Below, one piece after another: positions 1 through 13,294 of a DNA stretch of 64,000 bases. A program made the position numbers and the translations under genes. This DNA comes from Peribolospora baueri (lineage: Eukaryota), in the NCBI GenBank assembly GCA_029717555.1, contig JAMDHS010000032.1:124001-188000 (forward strand), read 5' to 3'. The notes under the pieces are model-generated. The model was not told the origin of the DNA and searched no databases. It worked only from the letters and a program-made list of their open reading frames with translations. Within the stretch, counting starts at the first letter, position 1. Every line of letters starts with the position of its first letter.

Positions 1-55
1 GGGTCGTCGCTTTCCATGATGATTTCCTGACTTTGCTCTCCGCCCGCATTTGCAG

Positions 56-1193
56 TCATATGATACGGCAGCAGCCGACGCCGCACCTCCCTACTGGGAG
101 ACGACGATCATCGGTCCTGGACTCGGCTACCCACTTGGCGGTGTGCAAGGTTGGACGCCCGGCTCGGGCGTCACAGGTGCCATCGAGGACCTCATCGTTG
201 AAGGTCTACCTGTCGGTAGCTTCTTCGGTTTCGCTTGGAATTTCCTGATATCCATGAGCTTCCAGTTTGTCGGTGAGTGCCTCGTCGGCCACTTTGGAGA
301 TGCGAGCGGCATTGACCACAGGCCGTCATCAAAGCTCATACCAATCGTCTATTTAACCCTACCGTATCTATCCCCCAGGTTTCCTCCTCACGTATCTCCT
401 GCATACCTCACACTCCTCCAAATGCGGCTCCCGAGCCGGCCTCGGCATCACCCTTATTCAATACGGATTTTATCTTCGGGCACGAGCGCTGATGCTCTCC
501 AGCGGCCAGATACAAGAAGAGATAGACGGCAACCGACATATGCACCACGGCGGCTGGTGGGGAGCGACGATCGAGAACGGCCAATCAGGTGACGACACCG
601 ACCCTGCCTCTCCTCGCTCTCTCTTCCTTCTCGCCGCACGCTTCGCCGGCGATCCGCTTTCTTCCCCTTCCCCTGAAGCGTTTGCAGCGTCGGCCGACGC
701 GCCTATCTCGCTTGGCAACATCGACTCCCCTACGCCGACGGAGCAGCAGGAGATGGTCGAGAGTGCCACATGGGGCTCCGAATGGCTGGCTTACTTTCTC
801 ATGGTTACCGGATGGTTTCTGCTCCTCTCGAGCTTGCTCTCGTACTACCGCGTTCACCGGTGGGCGCGGAGCATCGTCACGTCCTCCCGAGAGGAGGGCA
901 GCTCGTCGGCTCCCGATGTCGGTGGAGCTGGCGCTTCCGACTCCGCGGCACAAATGAATGGTGGCGATGGTGGGCAAGACGCAGACGACAACGGCTCGAG
1001 GGTAAGGGACATGCGTGAAAGGGCTAGCGTTTTCTGGGGAAGGGTCTTCCATCGCTCCCCCTCGACAGATCGCTTCCCAGGTTCGGGTAGAAGGCTTGGC
1101 GGACTCGGCGCGCCGCTTCCACCATCTGCGGATCGGGCCAGCGAGGAGGAGCTTAGGCGGCTGGAGGAGGAGGAAGGGCTTTTGCGGATGTAG
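56..1193 (+). CDS. BSD2: Bsd2/Ndfip-like metal homeostasis membrane adaptor for Rsp5 (5' partial; window starts in an intron)
   Basis: Exons 56-272 and 379-1193 (GT-AG intron 273-378) give SYDTAAADAAPPYWETT...LIVEGLPVGSFFGFAWNFLISMSFQFVGFLLTYLLHTSHSSKCGSRAGLGITLIQYG, the Bsd2 core. A third hydrophobic segment follows (WLAYFLMVTGWFLLLSSL). Confidence 0.85.
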
Positions 1194-1834
1194 CGAGGCA
1201 CAGCACGCGGCTTCTTCCGTAGAGGACCCGTCGATCTGGCAGACCTCGTTCTTCCTTTCTATACTCCTCATGGGCGTCCCACCCCACCCACCCCACCCAC
1301 CCCTCGTTTCGTCCTCACTTACATCGCTCCTCGGAGACCTTGACACACACCCTCCTTTCATCCCGGTCGCTTCTCTCCCCTCGTCTTTTATTTCTCGTCA
1401 GATGTACTTTTGTCCTCATGCGACCACTTCGTCGTCGTCGTCGTTGTTTCGCGTCCAGTTGGGGGTCTTCAATTAATGGAAAGGACAGAGCTGCAGTCTG
1501 TGAAAGTTGGGACGTATTTGGTCCCACCCGCGCCAAAGCCTCGACGAGCATACTCACCTTGCCCTCACAAGCCAGTCGACTCCATCAACACCCCCAGGCA
1601 GAAAGGACGGACAAGCGATTGTGTCGGGCTGCCGCAGCGTGGCCCGCCAGTGCGCGCCGCCGATCGCGCGTAGGACGCGACGCGTCTATGCGCGTGGAGC
1701 GAAGACAAGAGCCGACCGACTTCACTCCTCCTTCCCACCACCGCCTCCCTTCCTCTTCCCACACCTCCAGCACTCCAGAAAGGCGAATCAACCAAAGACA
1801 AGCCAAGGCAAGGACGAGGCACAAGGCTTAGAGG

Positions 1835-4690
1835 ATGGATGCCTTCCCTCCACACTCGGCGGACCTCGCCAGCTCGCCTTCGGATCGCAAGACCATGGGC
1901 ATCCCCGGCCTCGGCTCGGAGTCGACGACGATACCCAACCCCGGAGCGTCGCCCAGCAAACTCCTCAGAAAGCCCTCCTCCGGCCCCTTGTCTGGGTCGT
2001 TGGGCAAGGGCGCCTGGCGGAACTGTGAGTGGCCGACGACGTGCTCATTGCAACTACATGTACCAGCGCTCGTTCCCTCCACGCGCCCGTGTCGCGCCGC
2101 GTAAACTGGTCAGAATCGAACCTCAGCTTACGAAAAACGGACGTCGTCCATATGCGCTTTGTCTCTCATGCAATCATGTCCCGCTCCCTTTTGCCAGCGC
2201 TTCCCTCCGCCTTTCGACGCCCCCCCTTCTCTTCATCTTCTCCCTTCTCCGCCAACGACGCGTCCAAGGACGACCCCTTCTCCGTACCCCAGCGTGCCTC
2301 AGCCTCGTCGGAGGACCTCAACGCGTCCCGCGTCGCGTTTGGCAGAATTGACGTCAACAGCGGCAAGCGCGCCCCTTTCGTTGCCGCCGACGACGCTCAC
2401 GGCCTCAACACTCCTCCACCGTCCTCCTCCCCCGGTAGTCGAGCGGACCGTTCGCATCCCTCCTTTCCCTTCCCTCGCAAGGCTAGCGCCGGCTTCAGTC
2501 TGCCGCACCTGTCCTCCTCGCCTCCTGCCAGCCGACTCGAGCTCACCTCCGAGACCGCTTCGATCGAGCCAGACGAGGAAGAGGACGGCTCCGACGCTCA
2601 GCCCGCGCCGCTCTTTCTTCAGCCCTCCCACCCTTCCCGGCCTTCCCTACTCTGCGGCTCGTACGCCCACTCTCTCATCGTAGGCCGCTCCAAAAAGTCC
2701 GCCAGCAAGACCGTCTCGGGTCGCCTTCATGCCTTGCCCTCCGCCTCCGCCTCCGCCTCCTCTTCCCTGCCCGCTCGCCTGCCCGTCCGAGAGGTCAAGC
2801 TGCCCTCCTCGGCCAAACACGTATCCCGTCAGCACGCTGTGATTGAATGGGTACCCCTTCCCGGCGGCAAGGGCGAGGACGCGGGCGAGGGGAGCTTCGT
2901 TGTGCGTGTGCTGGGGCAGAACGGGTTGATTGTCGAGGGCAAGCGCCACAAGGTAGGCTCGACGATCAGGCTGGAGAACGGGACGAGGATCGATTGGTTC
3001 GGGTTCGAGACCAGCTTTGTGGTGCCTACGGGCGTGCGCGACGAGGAGGAGGAGGAGGAGGAAGAAGAGGAGGAGAAGAAGTTGAACGAACGAGAAGGTG
3101 CCATGCTCACCCCGCCGCCCAGCTCGCCCCTCGCTGCGCACTTCGAACCGCCCCGCGGAGGCCTCACCGCAAACGACAAGTCGGCCCACCGGTCCCCTTC
3201 CCCTTCCGCGGGGGAGGAAGGACGAGAAGAGCCACGCACTCCGGCAAAGCCACAATCACACAAGCGTCCCCACTCGACACTATCTCCCTCTTCCTCCGCC
3301 GCGGGAGACACGCCGCGGGCGGTGCGGGTACTCGATCTGGACGCGCTGCACGACGAGGGCATGATCCGCTCCCATCAGCCCTCGTCCGTGGCCGAGGCCG
3401 AGACCGGTGCCGCCGACGAGACGGACGATGAGGATTGGCAGAACGCTCCCTTGCGGCCCTTGCAGCTCGGCGTCAAGGTCCAGGCGGAGAGTAAGAAAAA
3501 GTCGGAAAACCAGTCTGAGGGAGAGGCGGAGCGGCGGCAGCGGAGGAGCGGCGGACGGGGCGCCGCGACGGCGGGGGAAAAGAAGAAGACGAGCGGCGGC
3601 CGCCGAGGCAGTGGCCACGACTACGATAATGATAATGATGGTGAGGCGGGTGCGGATGAGGCGGACAAGCCGGGCTTGACGGACAGGCGGGACTACGAGT
3701 ACGAAGGCGATTACGGCCCGGCCCAGTTGGACGAAGACGGCTACCTGGTCGACTTGGACGACCCTGCGTACGAGCACCTCCGACCCGCCCCCGTTGCTTC
3801 CCGCCCCGGCACTCCCTCCAACTCGGCCGAAGCCGAAGCGGACGATCTGACGTTGTCGCTCTGCTCCGAGGCGCGAGAGGCGGTGGAGAAGGTGGCACGG
3901 GCGTATGACATGGTCGGCCTGTGCGCCAACGCGCTCGTCTTCCACCGCACGGCCACCGTCGGCGCCAGCCTACTGACCGTCAGCGTGCTGGAAGCGACGC
4001 CCGGGCTCATGGCCGGTGTCGCCGGCGCCCTCAACCCGGGCTCGGAGAAGGAAAAGGAGGAGAGACGGGGGCAGGAAAGGAAGGAGGCCGACATAAACGT
4101 TGAGGACGGTCATCGTCGGCCTGGCGGAGGCAACGGCAAGGCAGCCGAGGTTTGGGAAGAGGCCAAGCGCACGGCGTGGAGGGCCAAGATCGAGGAAGTG
4201 CTCCAGCGGACCGCGTGCTTCGGCGTGATTCAGAGGGAAGGAAAAGTGAGTGAGCGGGCGGGCAGGCAGATAGGGTAGTTTCCGCACCTGCCTGCGAACG
4301 GCGGCGCTGACGAGATGATTCCCCCTTCCTCCCGATCTCCTCCTAAACCCACCCCGCACCCCCCTCCCAGGACGCCGCCGGCTTGCCTCTGGAACCTCAA
4401 TTCTACTACGACCCGGCGAACGATGACGACGAGGAACGGAAGACGAACCTGGGCTCGCTCGTCAAACCGGTGAGTTCTAGAAGACAAGGAGCGGAGAAGA
4501 CGGTTCGGGAAAAAAAAAAAAAAAAAAAAAAAAAAACTCATCCTTCCATCCATCCACCGTACCGTACCGTCTCTTTTCCCTCCTCCCCTCGCCTCGTCTC
4601 GTCTTGTCCTAGATCCGAGGCGCGCAGAAGAACCACCGCACTTCGTATTTCTTCAAGCGCCCTCGCACGCCAGGAAAGAAGCGCAAGTGA
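1835..4690 (+). CDS. TOS4: FHA-domain protein, Tos4/Plm2-like
   Basis: Predicted introns 2025-2197, 4246-4370 and 4470-4612. FHA motifs LIVGRS...KHVSRQHAVI...VLGQNG. The spliced C-terminus FGVIQREGK|DAAGLPLEPQFYYDPANDDDEERK...KP|IRGAQKNHRTSYFFKRP matches the Tos4 family tail. Confidence 0.8.
4510..4536 (+). repeat. poly(A) tract (~27 nt) in the last Tos4 intron
   Basis: Directly visible A run. Confidence 0.9.
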
Positions 4691-5187
4691 AGGAACGAGA
4701 CATGCACGTCTCGGGGGTTGGGCTCGTGGGTGTCTACGTCATCCATCATCTACCGATCGTCCGCCCGGGCTGACCGGGTTCATCGAGTGTACGCCTCCTC
4801 GTCCGTTGCTCCAATCCCGGTCTTCGTTGTACTCGACGAGGAGAGACGCTCGAACGAAATGTCATCTTGGAAAAATTCATCCATTCCACGCTTGTCGGGA
4901 TATAAGCTGTGAGCACCATGGCGAAAGAAAGGAAACAAGACAAAATCATCACGGGCCAAGAAATGGGGCATGGAAGAAAGAGGAAGAGAGGGAAAAGCGG
5001 GGGCCCAAGACCGAATCGAATGGGACATAAGAAAGAGGGAGGGGAGCAGAGATGATGCGTATGAAAACGAGCAGCGGGGTATGACAAGAGGCGGGCAAGG
5101 AGAAAGGCGAAGAGAAGGGAAGGAGACAGATAGGCAAGAGAAGGAGATAGGCAAAAGAAAGAGAAGAAAAAAGAGTCGAGTCGTTGT

Positions 5188-8100
5188 TCATAGGAAGCCA
5201 GACTCTTGCAATAGGCGAGCTAGAGCGAGTGACCGAGCGAGGGAACGCTGGCTGGCATCAGTCAAGGGACCGGAATTGGCGGAAGCCGCCGCGTCCGAGT
5301 AATTTGCTGACCTATGTGTCAGCGGTATCGTCGCTCACCAATCTTCTCGTCCTCCCTCTCTCTCGGCTCGAGGAGGAGGGATTGCTCATACAAGTCGGCG
5401 TCCTGCCTGCTTTCCACCAGGTTGTCCTCGATGAACTTCTGTATGCCCGGCACGGGCGTCAGGTTGTAGGGCGTGGACTGGTAGGTGACAATCTCGCGGA
5501 TGATCTCCGACGTCTTTTGGCGTTTGGCAAAGTTGATCAAGCGCTCGTCGACCTTGAGCCTGTCCGGGTTGCCGTCCTCGATGAATGTCAAGTCGGTGAG
5601 ATAGACGCCTGGAAAAAGAGAAAGATGGCCGCGTTAGTGCTCAGGACATCCCATCGCTATCGACAATGAAACGAGATACACACCCAAGAACGGGACGCAA
5701 GGCGGGTTGACGGCGTGCAAAAGCTCTCGATAGTCGGCAAAGTTTCTGGTGGACTGCATGAGCTTGTTGAGCACCTCAAAGACAGCCATGCCTCTCTGGT
5801 TCACCGCGTCCCACGTCCGCTTGAGTCGGTGGATGGGGGCGGTGTTGAGGGCGGAGACGATGGCGACCATGCTCGAAAAGTTGTTCAAAGTGCGACATCG
5901 CTAAAAAAGATAAGGTGGAGAGAAGGGAGGAAGGAGATGCGCGTGAGCCCTGGCGTGACCCCTTCCGCGATGGGAGGCCGCGGGGGTGAACTCACATCAG
6001 CGATGTGAATGAACTGCTTAATCCACGCCGCTCGCCTTCGCAAGTCTTCCTGGACGAGGATCGCCTCGGCGACCCAGCCGGTGAGCTGTGAAAAGCGAAG
6101 GAAAAGAGGGAGAAGTTGAGTCAAAAGCGAAGGAAGAGAAGTTGAGCCTGCTGCGTGCCTCGTCGCTCACCTTGTTAGAGATATTAATCATCTCTTTCAC
6201 ATTCGGACTTTCATACGCCGCATCCGGCTTGGACCAACTTTTATGCAAGCATTCCACCGGCTTGATCTTGTTATACACCCTGCTCTCCATGATCGTCAGC
6301 TGGCGGGCCATCTCGAGCGGGTCAATGTCAAGGAACTTGATCTTGCGCAGGTTCTTCGGCAGAACCGGTGCAGGGGCCGAGGTGGGAAGGACCATCTTGC
6401 GCACCATCGACTCGCCGATGCCCTGCCGGCGCTCGATGAGGCGCACGAGCTGGTTCGAGGAGAGACTCATGGACGGCGCGGGGGCCATCTTGTTCATCGC
6501 AAACGCTCGTATCCGTTCGAGCGTCGGGTCGTCTTCGCCGTCATAAAAGTACGACTCCAGCCAGGACTTGATGATGTTGAACACCCTGTCGATGCGTGAT
6601 CAAAGGTCGTCGAAGGCGAACGAATGAGCGCGCGCGTCTCCGCAAGATAGGCCACGCCGTCGCGCTTCGTCGACGATGGCGCTCATGCCAACTCACCTAA
6701 GACGGATAGGCGTCTGTTTCCTCAACGCCCAATTCTCGGCCTCGGCGTCGGACATGGCCTCGGGCGGCTTGATATCAAACCGAGCCTCAAGGAGGTCAAA
6801 GAGGTCGTCAGTGGTGGTAAAGCTACGGTAGGTGAGGAGGAAAGTGTTGTTAAAGGCCGTGTCGAGCGAGTCGTGCATCGTCAGGCGCTCCACGAGGGCC
6901 TCCAAGGTGGCGCCTTTGACGTTGCCGTCCAGGTTCATGACAATGTCGGAAGGAGCATAGTCCGGCTGGAGGTACCACGGCTTGTTGTCCACCTGTCGAT
7001 TCGTCTCCATCTTGACCGCCGCTTGCTGCGGCGCCTCGTCTCCGAAGAACTTTCTGATCTTGTTCGACCTACCAGGGGAGCGCATAGAAGAGTCTGCGAG
7101 GCGTGGATCGTAGAGATGAGATGTACATCAGCAAAAGCCGTAGCGGCGAAGCGAAGCCAGCGATAGAAAGAAGAAGAAGAAGAAGAAGAAGAGAAAAGAG
7201 AAACTCACCCTCCTCACTATCACTCCTCTCAAGCCTCCCCAAAGCCTCCTTACTCTCGTTCGCCGACGACGACGCGCCAGGGCCGGCGGGGACAGACGAG
7301 GAGGCGGCGGGGGAAGAAACGGAAGACGAAGAAGACGCGCCGGCGGCTCTTCCGAGGAACTTGGAAAGGCCGCTAGAAGGCTTGTTGTCGTTGACCGCCG
7401 TCGTGGTCATCGAGTCAAACGTCGGAGCCGCCGTCGACGAGGCGACGGCGGACGAACCGGAGTGAGTGCTCGCGGCGGCGCCGGATTGAGATCGGGGGCG
7501 AGTGAGCTGAGAAGAAGAAGCCGATGCTCCCGCCACTCCGCCCTTCTCCTTGGCACCACCACCCGCTCCGTCCCTATTCCTCGGCGGTCCGTTAGGAACA
7601 GCGATACCAGGGCCAAGAAACATGACATCGTCATCAAACTCGTCCTGCGTCTCTTCTATCTCCGCCCCCGCGTCCTCCTCGTCCACACCCCTAGCCGTAC
7701 CAGGACGACTGCCGCGAGCCCAGCTCTCCTGGCTAGCCTGACTCGGCGCGCGAGCCCTGCTGGGAAAGGGAGCGATCGGAAGCGCCTGGTTCTCGGCGGC
7801 GGCGGCGGCGGCTTCGGCTTCCTCTTGGTAGGCCCAGACGGGTTTTGTGCGCGCGCCGACGAGGCCGGGCACGCCGTGCTCGATGGCGATGACCTGCTTG
7901 GTGGAGATATCGAACAGCTCGTTCAACGCAGCCGTCAAAGCGGCCGACGCGGCCGACGCATCGAAGCAATCCTTGAGGAGCGCCGCGAGGGGCGAAAAGG
8001 AAGACGAAGACGAAGACGAGTGGAAATTGTCAGAGGCGTTCTGGACGTGAAGGAGCATGCCGGCGGAGGCGTCGTAGACCGCCTGTTTGTTGGCCTCGAC

Positions 8101-11100
8101 GGCGCGGACGAGCTGTCGGGCGCGTCCGACGCTGTACTTGTACGCCTGGATCACATCCGGGCGTATGCCCTCCGTAGAGCCCTCATCGAGGCCGTCGAGG
8201 TCAATCGACGAAGCAATGTCGATCTCCTCCACGAGGGAGAGCAAGGCGTGCACTTCGGAGAGCGTCATCCGAGCTTGGGCGAAAATGCGAGAAGCGAGGG
8301 AGGGAGGGAGCGCCGCAGGTCCGGTGTAAGGCTTCTTGTCGGCCGACGAGGAGACGTTGGTGCCGGCGACGGGCGTGTCCGCGCGACTCGCACTCTCGGC
8401 GTCACCCTCGCAGAGGCGTACGGCGCCGACGAGCGCAAAGATGTGCCGCTCGGCCTCGATGGAGGCCTCCTTGAAATCGACCTGCACCGTCTGACGGTCC
8501 AACTTGCGCGACAGCTCGTGCAGGCCATACGTCCTCAGGACGTCCTTCTCCTTTTGGTCCCTGGAGATGACAACTCTCGACGACGACGACGACGACCTGT
8601 CCCTCGTGACGAATCCGTTGCCCTTCCACGCGCCGGCCGAGCCGGCACCGTAGACGGGGAAACCGACGCCGGCGGTGCCGTTGGCAGAGCGAAGGACGCC
8701 ATGTACGCGGCGCATCCACTGGGCCGTCGAGTCGCCCGCGCTGACGGGCCCGATGGGGGAGGAGGGCGAAAGGGCGGAGCCGCCGGCGGCGGCGGCGGCG
8801 ATGGCAGCGGAGGAGCGCACGCGCTCTACCTCGGCGGCGAAGGCGTCGATGGCGCGGTCGAGTTCGAGGGCGTCTTCCTTGACCCTGTCCTTGTCCTGCT
8901 TCCAAGACGCGGCGGAGGCGGCGGAACCGTTGGCAGCGGTCGAGGAGGCGACCGAGCCGTTGGAGCTTGCGACATGAGCCTGAGGGTTAGGACTGAGGGG
9001 AGCAGAGACGGAGAGTTGATTGCCGGCGGCGCGGGAGGAGAGGACGAGCTTGGAGAGCTGGGCAGTCATGCGACGCGCCAGAGTCTGGAGCGACGGCGGA
9101 GGGGCCGTGGGTGCACCGAGCTGATCCGAGGCGGACGGCGAGGCGGTCGAGGCGGCGGCGGTGGCGGCAGCAGAGCGAATGGTAAAGCCACCGTAGGTGC
9201 CCAAGCCGGTGGCGGACGAGGAAGAGAACGACGAGGAGCCGTCTTGGCCGCGCTCGAGTTGTTGGAGGCCGTTGACGGAGAGGGCGCGCGAGGGTCGAGG
9301 AGAGCCGGCCAAGGCGGCCAAGGCGGCGAGTTCGGAAGCGGGGATGCTGAGGGTGCCGCTAGCGAACAAGAGGTTCCGAACGGCCTGCACCACGGCGGCG
9401 GCCTTTTGTTCCAACTCGGCTTCGACGGGAGCGAGATCGGCGGCGTTGGGAGGGAGCCTCGTCGGGCCACCATCAGCAGAAGCGGCGGCGGCGGCTTCGG
9501 ACTTGACGGCACCTGAAGCGACGACGGTAGTTTGGACGAGGCGCTCGACGGTGCCCTTGGCTCGATCGATGAGCTCTCCCACCGTCGTGGGCGAGGGAGG
9601 GTTCATAGCGGTCTGCAACTTGGTCGCGTCGCGCTCGGCCTTCAAGACCAACGCCGGCGGCGTCAGCGCGCCGGTCGTGCCCGCCCTTCGTCGTCGGCCG
9701 TCGAGTCCGCCGGGAGCGGTGGAAGGGAAGGGGCGCCTGGACGAGGAGGGACTCTTGGGGTGTCCGTCGGGCGGCGAGCGGAACGCGCCCAAGCTGTCGG
9801 TGGAACCTTGACGAGCGGTGGCGTATATCCTGTTGGCGGCGCGCCTGGAAGCGCCGCCGTCGGCGTCCGAGTCAGCAGACTGTTGCGAGGCAAGGGAGAT
9901 GGCGCTGGGACGTCGAACGAAAGGAACGGAGGCCGCGGTGGTGGCGGCGCCATTGGCGGTCGTCGAGGGCGTGCTCCGCCCCGAGGTGCCGTCGCGGAGC
10001 TCCTCGTAGATGTCCGACGCCTGGCTGACGGCGATGCTGCCCTGGGTGGCGTGGAAGGGCTTTCTGGCTCCAGGAGCGGCGGACGTCGCCGTCGGAGGGC
10101 TGACCATCTGTTGTCGGCGTATGGAGCCGGAGGCGGAGGTCGAGGTGGGCGACGACTCGGACACGTACACGGGGCCGGACCGACTACCGGCGACGGCGGT
10201 GTTGGTTCCGGGCTGGGTGGCGCTGGAGTGGCGAGGGCCGATGAGGGGCCTTTGGCCCATGGCGGCGGAGGAGGCCATGCTAGCACTGCCAGACCTGGAT
10301 CGGGAGGCCATGGCGGCGCTGGCGGGGTTGGAAGGTCGGGGAGTGCTTCCAAACGGCGGCTCGGACTCGTTGTCGTCGGGCGGGATGCGGGAGCGGTTGG
10401 CAAGCGAAGAGCTGGCAACGGCGCCGAAAAGGGCGGCAGAAGGGTCGTCGTCGTAGCTGTCGGTGGGGCCGAGGGGCAGCTCGTGAGCATGCTCGCTGGT
10501 TCGGGTGTTGTAGTAGAAGATCTAGGAGGGCGGTGAGAAGGAAGGAAGGAAGGAAGTGGTGAGCGAACCGGAGAGCAGCAGGTGCCGATCGAACCAAGGC
10601 CGGCCGGCCAAACGGCCACACTCACCTGTCCGCTCTCGGTCACCTTTGGCTCCCAATAATCAGCGATTCCCTTTCGGCCGCCGGCGGACGAGGCGACGGA
10701 GGTGCGCACCGTCGGAGCGGCGCGGTTGGACATGGTGCTAGCGGCCGTACCGGCGCGGGGCCTAGTACCAGGACCGGCTCTGGACGACGACATCGTCGAC
10801 CGCTCGTCATCGTCCTCGTCGGCTGCGGCGGCGGCGTCGGAGCGAGCGGCTTCGGCAAGCTGCTCGAAGATGTTCTCGCTCGACCCCACGGCGTCGGTCT
10901 CGTTGGCGAGGCTCGCGAGTGCGGCCAAGGGATCGCTGGAAGGGGCGGCTTGATCGCGGGCGGTGAGGGCCTGAAGGGCGTGGCCGCGGGCGTCGTCGGC
11001 GCCATCGTTGCGCGAAACGTCGTCGTCCCAACCGTCTATGAAGCTCGTCTCGGCGTCGTGGGAGCGAGGGAAGGGCTGGGCGTCGTCGCTGTCGTCGTAG

Positions 11101-11468
11101 GCATCAGCGTCGGCGGCGGCGTCGGCCTGGGCGGTGGCGAGGAGCTCCCTCTCAGCCTCATCCTCGCTGATGATCTCGACATAATTGCTTGGGAACCAGC
11201 CCCTGACGTTGTTGCCCACCAGGCCGTCCCACCATCCGCTGGGGAGCTGGGTGAGGACCTCGATGAGATCGCCGCGGGAGAAGCCGAGGGAGGAGGCGTC
11301 GGTGGGGACGTAGTCGTAGAGGGCGCGGACGAAGAAGCTCTTAGGCTGGGGAAGCAGCGGGGGCGGGGAGTGAGGGCGGGAGGAACGGGTGGTGGAAGGG
11401 GAAGGCGGGGAGGTGGGGGGGATGAAGAAGGACTCGTCGGCGGCGGCGGCGGAGGCGGAGGCGGACAT
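5188..11468 (-). CDS. CDC25: Cdc25-type Ras guanine nucleotide exchange factor (SH3, WW, REM, CDC25 domains), multi-exon
   Basis: SH3: FFVRALYDY...GDLIEVLTQLPSGWWDG...GWFPSNYV. WW split by an intron: YWEPKVTESGQ|IFYYNTRT. REM: VKGATLEALVERLT...TFLLTYRSF. CDC25 domain: DPLEMARQLT...NNFSSMVAIVSALNTAPIHRLKRTW...PCVPFLG. Last exon ends ARLLQESGFL* (stop 5188-5190). Confidence 0.92.
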
Positions 11469-11986
11469 GGCGTGGGGATGGAGGCGAAGAGGGAGGGCAG
11501 CGGCGCGACGCCAGCGCCGGTCGATGGAGGGTGGCCAGGTGTGACAAGGCGGAGATGGACTAGGGATTGGCGGTGGACGAAGAGGGGGATCGCGGAGGAG
11601 GGTGAGTTGTTATGCGACTGCCGGCGACTGTTGGGCGGTAAGAAAGGCGGTGGCAGCGGTTGCGGTTGCGAGGGATGACGGGTGGTGGTGAGTGGGAGGG
11701 AGATGGAGATGAGGTGGTAACGCGCGGGGGCGGTGGAGGCCGGTGGTGGACGTCGGTGGTGGTGGTGGTGGCGGTGTTGGTGGTGTTGGTGTTGGTGGTG
11801 ACAGTGACGGTGGTGACGATGAGGTGACGACGGCGGTGACGGATGGATGAAGGAGACGAAAAGGTGTTGCAAAGGGCGGACGGAGGCAGAGAGAAGAGAG
11901 AGGAAGAGGGAGGAAGCGGAGACGGAGGAAACGGGATTCGAGCCGAGTCGAGTCTGAGTCGTCGTAGCGGGAATAACAAGAAGGGC

Positions 11987-11987
<1 letters not shown>

Positions 11988-12028
<41 letters not shown>
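11988..12028. repeat. (AAT)~13 microsatellite upstream of CDC25
   Basis: Directly visible trinucleotide run in an otherwise GC-rich, SSR-rich region. Confidence 0.9.
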
Positions 12029-13294
12029 GTATTAGAGTCGACGACGCTGCCCCACCGACCACCAACCCACTCGCGTCGCCGACTGACTGGGCCGACGAGT
12101 TGCTTCGTTACCAGACTGATCATCGCCGACCAGCCAGCCATCAGACAGACAGACGACATACGAGTGGCAGACACACACACAGACACACACACATTTTGAT
12201 ACACGCGCAGACGCAGACACCGCCGGGCCGCAGCGAGCCGAGCAAAGAAGAGAAGGAAAGAAAGCCAGCCGACGATGGTGCGCTAACCAAGGGTGCATCA
12301 TGAACGAGATTAGAAATGAAAGAAAGAAAAACTTAAAAAGAGCCAAGCGGCCACTTGGCCGGCGCTTTTCGCTTGCCTTGGATTGGGCTTAGCTGGGCTG
12401 GACTGGACTGGATGGTGCTGCGGCAAGGATTTGCGCTGCGATGCATGTGCGAGTGCGAGTGCGAGTGCGGGTCGGAGGGACGGAGGACGGAGAATCATTA
12501 GCAAGGTTGGGCCGCTTGGCATAGTACTGTGTGTCCCCTTCCTTCTGCCTTCACCGTGATGGCTCGCATAGAGAAGGGCAACGAAGGACACAGGTCAGGG
12601 ATATCACTACCTAGCACTCTCGCTCCTGCAGTGCAGCTCGGACCGGCAAGCAGTCGCAGTCGCAGTCGCTCGCTGGTCGTAGCCCGACCGGACGGCATAT
12701 CGGACGTCCAGAAGGACGCACCTCCGAATCATCATCGCCTCGTCCATCCATGTCCACACCATGTCCACCGTCAACGCTCCCCGGCGTACCTTAGCGCCCG
12801 CCCGCGCTCCGTGCGAGGCCATCCGGTCATGCCATGTCATGCCCACCGTAGCGTAGCTCGCCGCCAAGGACGAAACGAGGCGGACTAGCGACTAACCACT
12901 CGTCCTCTTCTTCTCACCTTCATCTTCTCCCACTCCTTCCTTCCTTCCTTCCTTTCAGCCGAGCCAGGCCGAAACCAACCAAGCCGCGGCCATACCCAAT
13001 TACTTCCGCCCATGATCGACGCAGCAACTGACCGAGCTCGGCGCAAAATCCTTTCTCCGATCATCTCGAGCATGATCATGCATGCACACACGCCTGGCCG
13101 GCTGGCCGGCCTACCGAACGGACGGATGGATGGACGGACGGACGGACGGACGGAGGGTGTGTATGTAGATACGCATGTATGCATGTATGTATGCCAGCCA
13201 TACTCAGTGGGAGAAAGAAAGCAAACCAAACCAAAAACGCCTTTCGACAGCCATCGCCTTCCATCCCACTCACCCTCCCACGCCTCCCTCACTT

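Noticed and set aside
7462..9516. 684-aa plus-strand ORF (and similar long antisense ORFs over other genes)
   Set aside because: It is an antisense shadow of the GC-rich CDC25 coding strand, Gly/Arg-rich with no domain.
11036..12204. His/Pro-rich, poly-Tyr and poly-Ile ORFs upstream of CDC25
   Set aside because: These are translations of (CAC)n and (AAT)n microsatellites in UTR or promoter DNA.
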